DNA of 56,808 nucleotides from a virus (Duplodnaviria; Caudoviricetes), in the IMG/VR virus record IMGVR_UViG_3300020202_000006, positions 1-56,808 of that record. One strand, 5' to 3'. The translations under genes and the position numbers were made by a program. Positions within the stretch are counted from its first letter, which is position 1, and each line of letters opens with the position of its first letter. Positions 17,221 through 25,061 of the stretch are shown piece after piece. The notes below the pieces were generated by a model. It was not told the origin of the DNA, ran no database searches, and saw only the letters and a program-made list of their open reading frames with translations.

Positions 17221-17427
17221 TTAGCAGTACGCGCTCTCGCGCTTCAGCTTGTCCTCGTCCTCGTCGCGCCGCGTCGCGCGGAGGGTGTGCGGCTCGCGGT
17301 TGAAGTCGCGGGCGTGCATCCGTATCGCGTCCTCCGCGGACGCCACGCGGTAGTACCGCCCTTCGCGCCACGTCCCGTCGGCGTTGCGGATCTCGACGAG
17401 GTACAGGTGGGTCTGGGTCGTCATCAT
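17221..17427 (-). CDS. Hypothetical early protein
   Basis: AAGGAGAAC SD after the conserved hairpin. Confidence 0.75.
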   Translation of the reverse strand: MMTTQTHLYLVEIRNADGTWREGRYYRVASAEDAIRMHARDFNREPHTLRATRRDEDEDKLKRESAYC

Positions 17428-17499
17428 CGCCGTTCTCCTTGTCGTCCCTGCCAGGGACAAGCCGACCCGGCCCCGTTGGGGGTCGGGGAGGGGTGAGGG
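17428..17499 (-). repeat. Array intergenic element
   Basis: CCCGACCCCCAACGGGGCCGGGTCGG-CTT-GTCCCTGGCAGGGAC-GACAAGGAGAAC. Confidence 0.9.
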
Positions 17500-17739
17500 T
17501 CAGTTGGCGAAGTGGTACTGGCCGGCGGGGTCGGGCGTGAGAGCGAACACCTCGCAAGGCCGGGCGCTGTCCGTCATCATCACCGGAACCCCGCCGAGCA
17601 GGTAGGTGGTCCACGTCCGCGCGTCGGGCGTCCCCTCGCCCATCGTGCAGCGGCGGATGCGCCACCCGTCCGCGGGCTTGCCCTTCAGGAACGCATCCAC
17701 CTGACCCTTGCTACGCATCGACGTTTCACTGTACCGCAT
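17500..17739 (-). CDS. First gene of the early array, hypothetical
   Basis: GGAGAAC SD; directly after the promoter and hairpin 17755-17769. Confidence 0.7.
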   Translation of the reverse strand: MRYSETSMRSKGQVDAFLKGKPADGWRIRRCTMGEGTPDARTWTTYLLGGVPVMMTDSARPCEVFALTPDPAGQYHFAN

Positions 17740-17776
17740 CGGTGTTCTCCATTCGTCCCTGCCAGGGACTGACCAC

Positions 17777-17806
17777 AATATACCGCACTCCATCGGGCAG
17801 TGTCAA
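17777..17806 (-). promoter_or_regulatory. Strong sigma70-type early promoter TTGACA-18-TATATT
   Basis: TGTCAA at 17801-17806, AATATA at 17777-17782, AT-rich upstream tract. Confidence 0.8.
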
Positions 17807-17957
17807 CGACAAATCCCCAGAATCCAAAAGAATTCTGTCCACATCGCACCAACCCCAGGGTGGAAATCCGACTTTTGCCCTAATACGATCAGGAAAAAAG
17901 CAGTACTGCTCCTCCTCGGGAGCGGAGCGGACGAGAAGAAGGACTCGGGTGCGCGCA

Positions 17958-18290
17958 CTACTCCCCGTAGACAGCAGGACGCGCCCGGACAACCACATCG
18001 TCCATGCCGCCTGACGGCGGAGAAGTAGAAGAAGCAGGAGCGCGCGAGGCCCAATAGCCGCGCACGACGTCGAGAGGGTCACGGCCGGACTGGCGACAAC
18101 GCCGGTTCAGCTGCTTGGCGTAGTTCGACAGCGCACGCGCGAGTACGTCGTCGGCCGTCGTCCCTGGCTCCAGGACACGCGCGATCGCGCACAGCTCGTA
18201 GAAACGACGACGGGTCGAGTCCGATACCCAGCCGATGCTCCCCGATGATGTAGTTCGACGACGGGTCGAACGCGACATCGGAGAGGGCAT
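17958..18290 (-). CDS. Hypothetical protein, possibly ribbon-helix-helix-like
   Basis: WVSDSTRRRFYELC...TADDVLARAL pattern; start uncertain. Confidence 0.45.
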   Translation of the reverse strand: MPSPMSRSTRRRTTSSGSIGWVSDSTRRRFYELCAIARVLEPGTTADDVLARALSNYAKQLNRRCRQSGRDPLDVVRGYWASRAPASSTSPPSGGMDDVVVRARPAVYGE

Positions 18291-18376
18291 GGATGAGAAC
18301 CTTCAATCTCGCGTGTTCTCGCGTCGGTTCACCCCGTCACCGTCATCGTCCCCAAGTGCGATACCCCCATCAACGA

Positions 18377-18404
18377 TGTCCCGATAACAGCGTTTATGTA
18401 AAGC
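18377..18404. other. dif-like XerC/XerD recombination site
   Basis: TGTCCCGATAA-CAGCGT-TTATGTAAAGC: 11-6-11 layout with the ATAA-N6-TTATGT core of dif. Confidence 0.7.
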
Positions 18405-18554
18405 AGATGCGTTCGGGACAAGGGGCGTAACCGACCGTGGGATAAGGGGTTGCGTGTTCGGGTGCGGAGACGTGAGTGCTGGCGAGTGTACCGCGGACGG
18501 GGTGACGAAGAGGGGGGGACCAACCCCACACGGGGGGCCTCTTCACGATGATGA

Positions 18555-18836
18555 TTACCGCCTCTCACAACTCGAAAGCGGTTTTGGGAAGTTGGTCCCG
18601 TCGGTGAGATCGGCGACGAGTCCGCCGAGGGTGTGGGTGCCACGGGCGCTCTCCAGCAAGTTGGCGTAGTGCTGCTGGACGACGCGCAGGGCGTCCGGGG
18701 TGCAGGCAGACGGGGGCGGGTTGGTGTTCATCGACGGGTCCGGGTAGGCGTGACGCCAGGGATCGGGCGTGACCGGGTCGGGAGTGAAGACGACGCGCCC
18801 GTGCTCGGGGTCGTGGTAGACGAGGTCGTCGTTCAT
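18555..18836 (-). CDS. Hypothetical protein
   Basis: ATGA overlap; C-terminus TNFP...SSCER shared with the upstream gene. Confidence 0.6.
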   Translation of the reverse strand: MNDDLVYHDPEHGRVVFTPDPVTPDPWRHAYPDPSMNTNPPPSACTPDALRVVQQHYANLLESARGTHTLGGLVADLTDGTNFPKPLSSCERR

Positions 18837-19033
18837 CGCTGCTCCCTCTCACAACTGGAGACCAAAACGGGGAAGTTGGTGTCGCCGGGGCCGGGCCACC
18901 CGAACTCGATGTGGACGCGGTGGCCGGGGATGCGAGACCAGCCGGAGGCCGCGGGGGGCGTCGGTGGCGGGGTGGGCGCCGACTTCCAGGGGTGAGAGAC
19001 CCAGGCGGGTCGGTTGTCGTCGATGGCGTTCAT
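18833..19033 (-). CDS. Hypothetical Pro-rich protein
   Basis: GGAGCAGCG-ATGA overlap. Confidence 0.55.
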   Translation of the reverse strand: MNAIDDNRPAWVSHPWKSAPTPPPTPPAASGWSRIPGHRVHIEFGWPGPGDTNFPVLVSSCEREQR

Positions 19034-19368
19034 CGCTGCTCCGAACGTTGGGGGTCTCGGGGGAGGGGGAGCCACGACGGGGTCCACGGCGCGGGTTCAA
19101 CATGGAAGACTGCGCCAGGCTCGGCGATCCGGGCAAGCTCGTCGTACAGGGCTGCCGTGTCCTCGGCCTCGGCGAGACGGCGGAGGAGGCGTTCGGCCTC
19201 GACGCGGACATTGCGGAGGTTGCAGCCCAGAAGGGAGCACCCGCAGGGTCGCAGGTCGTCCGAGATGGTGTGGACGGCCTGGTCGCCGATCTTGTGCCGC
19301 AAAACCGCCTCGAAGGCGTCCAGGGCGGAGAGGATGGGCTGGGGCACGGGGTTGCGGTTCTGGCTCAC
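19030..19368 (-). CDS. Hypothetical protein
   Basis: GTGA overlap with upstream stop. Confidence 0.6.
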   Translation of the reverse strand: MSQNRNPVPQPILSALDAFEAVLRHKIGDQAVHTISDDLRPCGCSLLGCNLRNVRVEAERLLRRLAEAEDTAALYDELARIAEPGAVFHVEPAPWTPSWLPLPRDPQRSEQR

Positions 19369-20318
19369 CGGCGGGCTCCCTTCGGCTTGGGCTTGGCCTT
19401 CTTCTCCAGGGCGTCCAGCCGCATCTGCATCATGTCGAGGGCGTGGTCCCAGCAGGTGGGGAGTTCGCCAAGAAGTGCGGTCATGGCCTCCAAGCCCTTG
19501 AGCCGCTGGGCGTTGCCATTGACCGTCTGGCGGAGTTCCGCGATGGCCCGCTCCGCCCCCTCGGCCTTGTTCTTGGCGACGGTGACCATCGCCTGGAGGG
19601 CCTTGACCGCCTCCTGCTGGAGCTTCAGGTGCTCCGCGGCCTGGGCTTCGAGGGCGGTGATGCGGTGGTTCAGCGCGGCTACCGCGTCGGCTGTGCCGTT
19701 GGCCCAGGCGGCGGACTTCGTCAGGTTGTAGACCTTCTCATCCAGGGCGGCGATGCGGGCCAGGGTTTCGAGCAGCCGGCCCTCGGCCTGATCCAGCCGT
19801 CGGCCTATGGCCTCCCGTCTGTAGGCGCCGTTCTCGACGGCCATCTCCATCCGCCGCTCCATCTCCGCCATCGCCGCCGCCTGCGCCTTCATCTTCCCCT
19901 CCACGGCCGCGATCCGCTCCTCGGGGGTGGGCTTGGCGGGCCGCTGGAGGTCGGCGTGACAGGCTTTGTTGACGTAGTCGACATCGGCGTGCAGCAGCCC
20001 TCGCTCGTCGGTCGAGGGCTTGGCGGCCTTCTCGGCCTCCGCCGCCTTCGCGCCGGCCTGCTCCGCCATCCACTCCTCGGCGGTGATCCAGCCAGTCCCG
20101 GGGGACCAGTACGACTTGGTCCCGTTGGCCTTCCAGCCCTCGATCTTTATGTCCACCGACGGCTGGCTCGTGAAGGTCAGCGTGCCCCCGGTGCCGGAGA
20201 CGGTCTTGCCAGCAGCGGGGGGCGGCGGCGGCTCCAGCCGGCGGATGCGGCCGAAGGCGTCCGCGATGTCGCGGCGAAGGTCGCCCACCTGACGACGAAG
20301 TTCTTTGATCCCGAACAT
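19365..20318 (-). CDS. Long coiled-coil protein
   Basis: CAGGAGCGAGCACC-ATG; heptad-rich. Confidence 0.75.
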   Translation of the reverse strand: MFGIKELRRQVGDLRRDIADAFGRIRRLEPPPPPAAGKTVSGTGGTLTFTSQPSVDIKIEGWKANGTKSYWSPGTGWITAEEWMAEQAGAKAAEAEKAAKPSTDERGLLHADVDYVNKACHADLQRPAKPTPEERIAAVEGKMKAQAAAMAEMERRMEMAVENGAYRREAIGRRLDQAEGRLLETLARIAALDEKVYNLTKSAAWANGTADAVAALNHRITALEAQAAEHLKLQQEAVKALQAMVTVAKNKAEGAERAIAELRQTVNGNAQRLKGLEAMTALLGELPTCWDHALDMMQMRLDALEKKAKPKPKGARR

Positions 20319-20448
20319 GGTGCTCGCTCCTGAGAACCGGACAGCATAGGCGGGTGGACGCAATTCGTCCACGCGGCAGGGGTATACTCTACGGCGGGGA
20401 TGTTGTGTCCACCATTGCTTCGGGCCCGTTGCTTGCGGGGGTATCGCC

Positions 20449-20886
20449 ATGCCGTCGTACCAGGAAATGACCTTCACCGCGGCGAGCGCCAACATCACGG
20501 CGGGCGCGTCGTGGCAGAAGCTCGTCTACACGCCCGGCAACGACCTGCCCGGCTCGGCGGCGGGCGGCCACCAGTCCTGCGTGGTGCTGGCCACGTCGAA
20601 CCAGTCGTCGGGGAGCGCCACCATCGCCTTCCGCTGGGCCCTGAAGAACCAGTCGCTCGACTGCGTGTGGCAGGACAAGAGCGCGTCGGTGACGGTCACG
20701 ACGACGCGGACGGACCTGGACGGGGACAGCGGGAACTACATCTGCACGGTCGCGTTCGACGACGGGTCCAACTTCGTGGACCTGGCGCCCCAGGGGCAGG
20801 AGTTCGACATCTGGGTCGGCTGCTCGGCGCTCACGACCATCACGTCGCTGGCCGTCCGCGTCCAGCCCAAGCGGGTGACGGGATGA
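20449..20886 (+). CDS. Hypothetical beta-rich protein, first gene of the late operon
   Basis: Strong GC3 bias; Thr/Ser/Val-rich. Confidence 0.75.
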   Translation: MPSYQEMTFTAASANITAGASWQKLVYTPGNDLPGSAAGGHQSCVVLATSNQSSGSATIAFRWALKNQSLDCVWQDKSASVTVTTTRTDLDGDSGNYICTVAFDDGSNFVDLAPQGQEFDIWVGCSALTTITSLAVRVQPKRVTG

Positions 20887-21035
20887 CCTTCACCGACCCC
20901 CTCTGCTACGGCGTCTTCTCGCTGTGCGGCCTGCGGCTGTCCGTGCTCGTCGCGCAGCGCGAGACGTGGACGTGGTGGGACGGCGACCCCGACCCCCTCT
21001 TCCCCGACGCCCCCCACGTGGAGCGAGCCCGATGA
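20883..21035 (+). CDS. Small hypothetical protein
   Basis: ATGA overlaps at both ends. Confidence 0.55.
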   Translation: MTFTDPLCYGVFSLCGLRLSVLVAQRETWTWWDGDPDPLFPDAPHVERAR

Positions 21036-21238
21036 CCATCAGCCGCGTCATCTACGACGACCGCGAGTTCCTGTCGGCCGTCACCGGAGACCGCGACGAG
21101 GCGCTGCGCTTCGAGGCCCCCGAGGGCTTCCGGCCGTTCCCGCCCGCCGGCGTGCGGTGGTACTGGGCGCCCGGCGATCGGGGCGGCGGGTGGCGCTTCG
21201 ACCTGTACCGCGACCGCGTGGCGGAGGGCGCGGACTGA
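21032..21238 (+). CDS. Small hypothetical protein
   Basis: ATGA overlap; ends 1 nt before the terminase gene. Confidence 0.6.
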   Translation: MTISRVIYDDREFLSAVTGDRDEALRFEAPEGFRPFPPAGVRWYWAPGDRGGGWRFDLYRDRVAEGAD

Positions 21239-21239
21239 G

Positions 21240-23543
21240 ATGTCCAAGCCCCGCGACGAGTCCGCGCTCCTCAACGCCGACATCCCGGAGGGGTTGCAGG
21301 CCATCCTCGACGAGATCGGCCGCGCCCCCCCGCGCGTCGACGGCCACGCCAACCCCGAGCACTACCGCCGCCGCCTCGCCCGCCTCTCCGCCACCAGCGA
21401 GTGGTTCAACGAGCGCGGGGGCGCCATCCCCTTCAACCTCGAATCCGCCCACAAGATGATCTACCGCGAGGCGGAACTCGCCGGCATCGACGCCAAATCG
21501 CTGGCCGACGCCCGCTCCGAGGGCGACAAGATCCGCGACGCCGCGGAGATGCTGAAGGAGATCCCCGACGCCGTGTGGGAGGTCCCCTCCGCCGAACTCC
21601 GGCGCATCCTTGAAGAGATGGAGTCGGCCAAGGACCTCGCCAAGAACCTCATCGACTCCCGCCGCAAGCCCATGACCAGCGAGGAAGAGATGCGCTGGCA
21701 GGCCATGACGCACGCCGAGAAGCAGCGAGAACGCCGGGGAAAAGCCCTTTGCGCCCTGATGCGGGGAGTGCTCAGGGCGCGGGAGCTGGCGAGCAACCCG
21801 AACCCCCCGGGAGTCAAGAACGGCCCGTGGTGGGAGGCGACGCACGTGCTCCGGGTGATGCTCTACGTGGGCCGGAGCAACATGACCAAGAGCAGGGCGG
21901 CCGATGAGGCGGGCGGCGCGACCGTCTTCCTCATGGCCCCGCACCTCGTGCGCTACGCCGTGGACACCTGGGAGGCGCGCAACGGCGTCCAGTACGACCA
22001 GCACGGCCCCCGCCGCGGCGTCTTTGACTACAAGGGCGTCGTGCTCATCGCCCCGATGGGCCACTCCAAGACGGAGTACGCCGAGCACTGGCTGGGCACC
22101 GAGATCGCCATGAACCACCGCACGCAGGCGGCGTACCTGCACGCGATCGAGGAGAAGGCGATCGAGCCCAAGGAGTACGTCCACAACCTCTTCCGCACCT
22201 CCACGGCGTCCGGCCGACGCATGGCCGCGCTCTTCGGGCGGGTCGAGTTCGACAGGAAGGACAACAACTCGACGACGATGAGGCTGAGGCTCGACAGGCG
22301 GCTCAAGAGCCCCACACTCCAGGCGTGCGGCGTGATGAAGAAGGGCCTGGGCGGGAACACCAACATCCAGATATGGGACGACGTGGTCCCCCAGAGCGAC
22401 CGCGACAGCGAGAGCGAGCGCGAGCGCCGCAAGAAGCAGCTCCACATGACCTGGGCCAGCCGCCAGCGCGGCAACGGCACGTTCATCCTCGCCATCGGCA
22501 CGCTCTGGCACAACGACGACGCCCTGTCCGAACTCGTCAAGCAGGGGAAGAAGGGCTCGTTCCTCATCTCGGTGCAGCGCACGGGCGGCCCCACGAGCAG
22601 CCCGCCGTTCTTCCCGCTCTGGCCGGAGGTGTACCCGGCGGCGGAGCTGCGGAAGAAGTACAACAACCTCCGCGACCGGGCGCTCTGGGCGGCGTGCTAC
22701 GAGGCCAACCCCATCGCGGAGGACATGCGGGTCGTCAAAAGGATCCGCTTCTACGACCCCGACAGCCCCGAGCACCGCCGGTTCGTGGACTCGTGCTTCA
22801 AGGCCCTGTCCCTGGACCCAGCCGCCACGGCGAAGGTCGAGAACGACAAGGCGGGGTTCCTCTACGCGGGCATCGGCGAGGTCTCCGTGGAAACAGACCG
22901 CGACGGCGTGAAGGTCCGCGAGTACCAGAACCGCGTGCGGATCCTCCAGGCCCGCCAGTTCCACGCGACCCAGAGCGCGCTGGTCACGGAGGCCGAGGCG
23001 TTCCTCGCCTCCCATGCCGTGGACAGCGTTCTGGTCGAGACCCGCGGCGGGTATCACGCCACGGCGGAGATGTTCGAGAACAGGTACGGGCTGCCTGTCG
23101 AGCGGCGCGACCCCACGAACACGAAGAAGCTGCAACGTCTCAAGCAGTGCGCGGGGCTCATCGAGCACGGGAACCCCGGCATCGACGCCGTGGTGGAGTT
23201 CCCGGGCAAGTGGAACGAGGACCGCACGGAACTCGTGCCCGACGAGAACTTCAGGGACCTCTACAAGCAGATCCTCGACTTCGGCATCGAGTCCGAGGAC
23301 CACCTGATCGACACGCTGACCCAGCTGCTGATCTGGGCGATGGAGGAGGGGCGGGTCACGGCGGGCGTGGGGATGGCGAGCGCCCTGGTGCGCCGGGCCG
23401 TGGCGGAGGCGGGGGATTCGCGGCTGCTGGGGATGTACAAGCAGGCCGAGGCCCCCGAGAACCACAGGAAGACGGTGGAGGAGGAGGACGGCGACTTTCT
23501 CTGCAACCGCCTCGCGCCCTACTTCGGCGCGACGCTCAACTGA
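21240..23543 (+). CDS. terL: Terminase large subunit with long N-terminal extension
   Basis: Walker A-like APMGHSKT, Walker B IQIWDD, coupling motif IGTLWHNDD, nuclease LSLDPA and DHLIDTLTQ. Confidence 0.9.
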   Translation: MSKPRDESALLNADIPEGLQAILDEIGRAPPRVDGHANPEHYRRRLARLSATSEWFNERGGAIPFNLESAHKMIYREAELAGIDAKSLADARSEGDKIRDAAEMLKEIPDAVWEVPSAELRRILEEMESAKDLAKNLIDSRRKPMTSEEEMRWQAMTHAEKQRERRGKALCALMRGVLRARELASNPNPPGVKNGPWWEATHVLRVMLYVGRSNMTKSRAADEAGGATVFLMAPHLVRYAVDTWEARNGVQYDQHGPRRGVFDYKGVVLIAPMGHSKTEYAEHWLGTEIAMNHRTQAAYLHAIEEKAIEPKEYVHNLFRTSTASGRRMAALFGRVEFDRKDNNSTTMRLRLDRRLKSPTLQACGVMKKGLGGNTNIQIWDDVVPQSDRDSESERERRKKQLHMTWASRQRGNGTFILAIGTLWHNDDALSELVKQGKKGSFLISVQRTGGPTSSPPFFPLWPEVYPAAELRKKYNNLRDRALWAACYEANPIAEDMRVVKRIRFYDPDSPEHRRFVDSCFKALSLDPAATAKVENDKAGFLYAGIGEVSVETDRDGVKVREYQNRVRILQARQFHATQSALVTEAEAFLASHAVDSVLVETRGGYHATAEMFENRYGLPVERRDPTNTKKLQRLKQCAGLIEHGNPGIDAVVEFPGKWNEDRTELVPDENFRDLYKQILDFGIESEDHLIDTLTQLLIWAMEEGRVTAGVGMASALVRRAVAEAGDSRLLGMYKQAEAPENHRKTVEEEDGDFLCNRLAPYFGATLN

Positions 23544-23557
23544 AAGCGAGGACAGCG

Positions 23558-23806
23558 ATGGACGAGTTTTGGAGGTGGATGCTGGCGCTGGCGACGTTTT
23601 ACTGCGTGTTTGTCGGGATCTACGCGCCGGCGTTCCTCATCGAAAGCGGATGGAAGAACCGCGCGGTCGGCAGAGTCGCCGGAGGCGTGGTGCTGCTTTT
23701 TCTCTGGATGCTGGGACTCCTGGCGTTTTCCGTGCGCGAGGACGCGGCCCAGAAGGACACCAAGAAGAGCGAGACGACCCAAACGAGCGAGGTGACCAAT
23801 GGCTAA
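23558..23806 (+). CDS. Two-TM membrane protein
   Basis: Two hydrophobic segments and a charged tail. Confidence 0.65.
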   Translation: MDEFWRWMLALATFYCVFVGIYAPAFLIESGWKNRAVGRVAGGVVLLFLWMLGLLAFSVREDAAQKDTKKSETTQTSEVTNG

Positions 23807-24086
23807 GACCCTGAAGAAGACGGAGGCCGCCCCCACGCGGACGGCGACGCACACGGCGGAGTTCCGCGACGGCGCGTGGCGCCTGCGCGAACGGGCCACC
23901 CTCAACGCCCGCAACTCGCACCCCATGCAGACCGCGGTGGAGCAGGCCGCCCTCTCCGCCGCCACCGTCGCCCTGGACGCGCTCATCGGCGGCGACCTCG
24001 CCGGCGTGGGCGCCCTGGCCGGCGACGGGCGGCCCGTCGAGGTGACCGTCACCATCTCCATCCCCGAGCCCGCGGAGGTGGAGTGA
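23799..24086 (+). CDS. Hypothetical protein
   Basis: GAGGTG SD; coupled ORF. Confidence 0.65.
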   Translation: MAKTLKKTEAAPTRTATHTAEFRDGAWRLRERATLNARNSHPMQTAVEQAALSAATVALDALIGGDLAGVGALAGDGRPVEVTVTISIPEPAEVE

Positions 24087-24307
24087 TGGACCCCCTCGAA
24101 CCGCGCGACGAGGCCGTGGGCACGGCTCTCTATACGTTGCAACTCCCGATGACCGACGACGCGCTGCGAGAGCTGTGCGTCACCCTCACGCGAAACGCCA
24201 TCAATGACATGCGGGAGGAAGACGCGAACTACGGGCGGCTCATGGCGTCGGGCAGCCGCCTGGATGTATCGGTCATGGTGACCGTGCGGAAGGCGGTGGA
24301 GGCGTGA
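24086..24307 (+). CDS. Hypothetical protein
   Basis: TGATG coupling. Confidence 0.6.
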   Translation: MDPLEPRDEAVGTALYTLQLPMTDDALRELCVTLTRNAINDMREEDANYGRLMASGSRLDVSVMVTVRKAVEA

Positions 24308-24492
24308 ACATCGAAGTCACCAACGAGAAGCGGTACGCGACCAAGGACGATTCCGTCGTCCTGGTCGTTCACGGCGACGGCTCGGCCTCCCTGACGGTGG
24401 ACGACATCAGCCTGGACGAGATGTTCCTGACCCCCGACGCCGTGGAGGCGCTGGACGCCATCTTCGCCAAGGTGCGGGAGGCACGCCAGTGA
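24304..24492 (+). CDS. Hypothetical protein
   Basis: GTGA coupling, GGAGG SD. Confidence 0.6.
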   Translation: MNIEVTNEKRYATKDDSVVLVVHGDGSASLTVDDISLDEMFLTPDAVEALDAIFAKVREARQ

Positions 24493-24737
24493 TGAACTTC
24501 TCACTCGAAGCGCAGGCCACACTGAACCGTCTCGTCGGAGTGGTGCCCGGGATCCCCGCGCACGACACCGATGCGTACCGGACGCTGGCGTCGGCGTTTG
24601 TGCAGAGGCTTGAAAAGGCGTTCAAGGCGGGGTATGAGCGGGCCCAGCAGGACTTCGGCAAGAAGTGGCCCGTCGCGGACCCGGCATGGGACGAGGTGGT
24701 CCGCAAGGCGTACGCCGACGAGGAGGTGGCCCCATGA
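24489..24737 (+). CDS. Hypothetical protein
   Basis: Coupled ORF. Confidence 0.55.
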   Translation: MMNFSLEAQATLNRLVGVVPGIPAHDTDAYRTLASAFVQRLEKAFKAGYERAQQDFGKKWPVADPAWDEVVRKAYADEEVAP

Positions 24738-25045
24738 CCTCCGCCCTCTGGATCCTCGCCGGGCTCTGCGTCGTCTTCGTCGTGGCGATGGCCCTCAACG
24801 CCTGGAGCGAGCGCGAGTTCCGCAAGGCCCTCGCCGAGCGCGACGAGCGCCTGCTCGAACGCTTCGCCGACGCCGCCCTCGCCATCTCCGATCAGCACCG
24901 CGAGCTTCAGCAGCTCCGCATCTCGGCAGAGCACGCGGCACGGCGCCCCCCGGCAGCGTCGCCGGGGGGCCTGCCGTTCGTCCCCGCCGGCGCGGCGGAC
25001 ATGAACGACACCGTCGTCGCCTACCGCGGCGAGGAAGGCCCGTAG
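24734..25045 (+). CDS. Membrane-anchored coiled-coil protein
   Basis: N-terminal TM ALWILAGLCVVFVVAMAL followed by a charged helix. Confidence 0.65.
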   Translation: MTSALWILAGLCVVFVVAMALNAWSEREFRKALAERDERLLERFADAALAISDQHRELQQLRISAEHAARRPPAASPGGLPFVPAGAADMNDTVVAYRGEEGP

Positions 25046-25061
25046 TCCCTGGGGGTGAGGC

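Noticed and set aside
16563-17769. CRISPR array or classical integron
   Set aside because: The spacers are whole genes, there are no GTTRRRY attC cores, and I saw no IntI-specific insertion in the integrase
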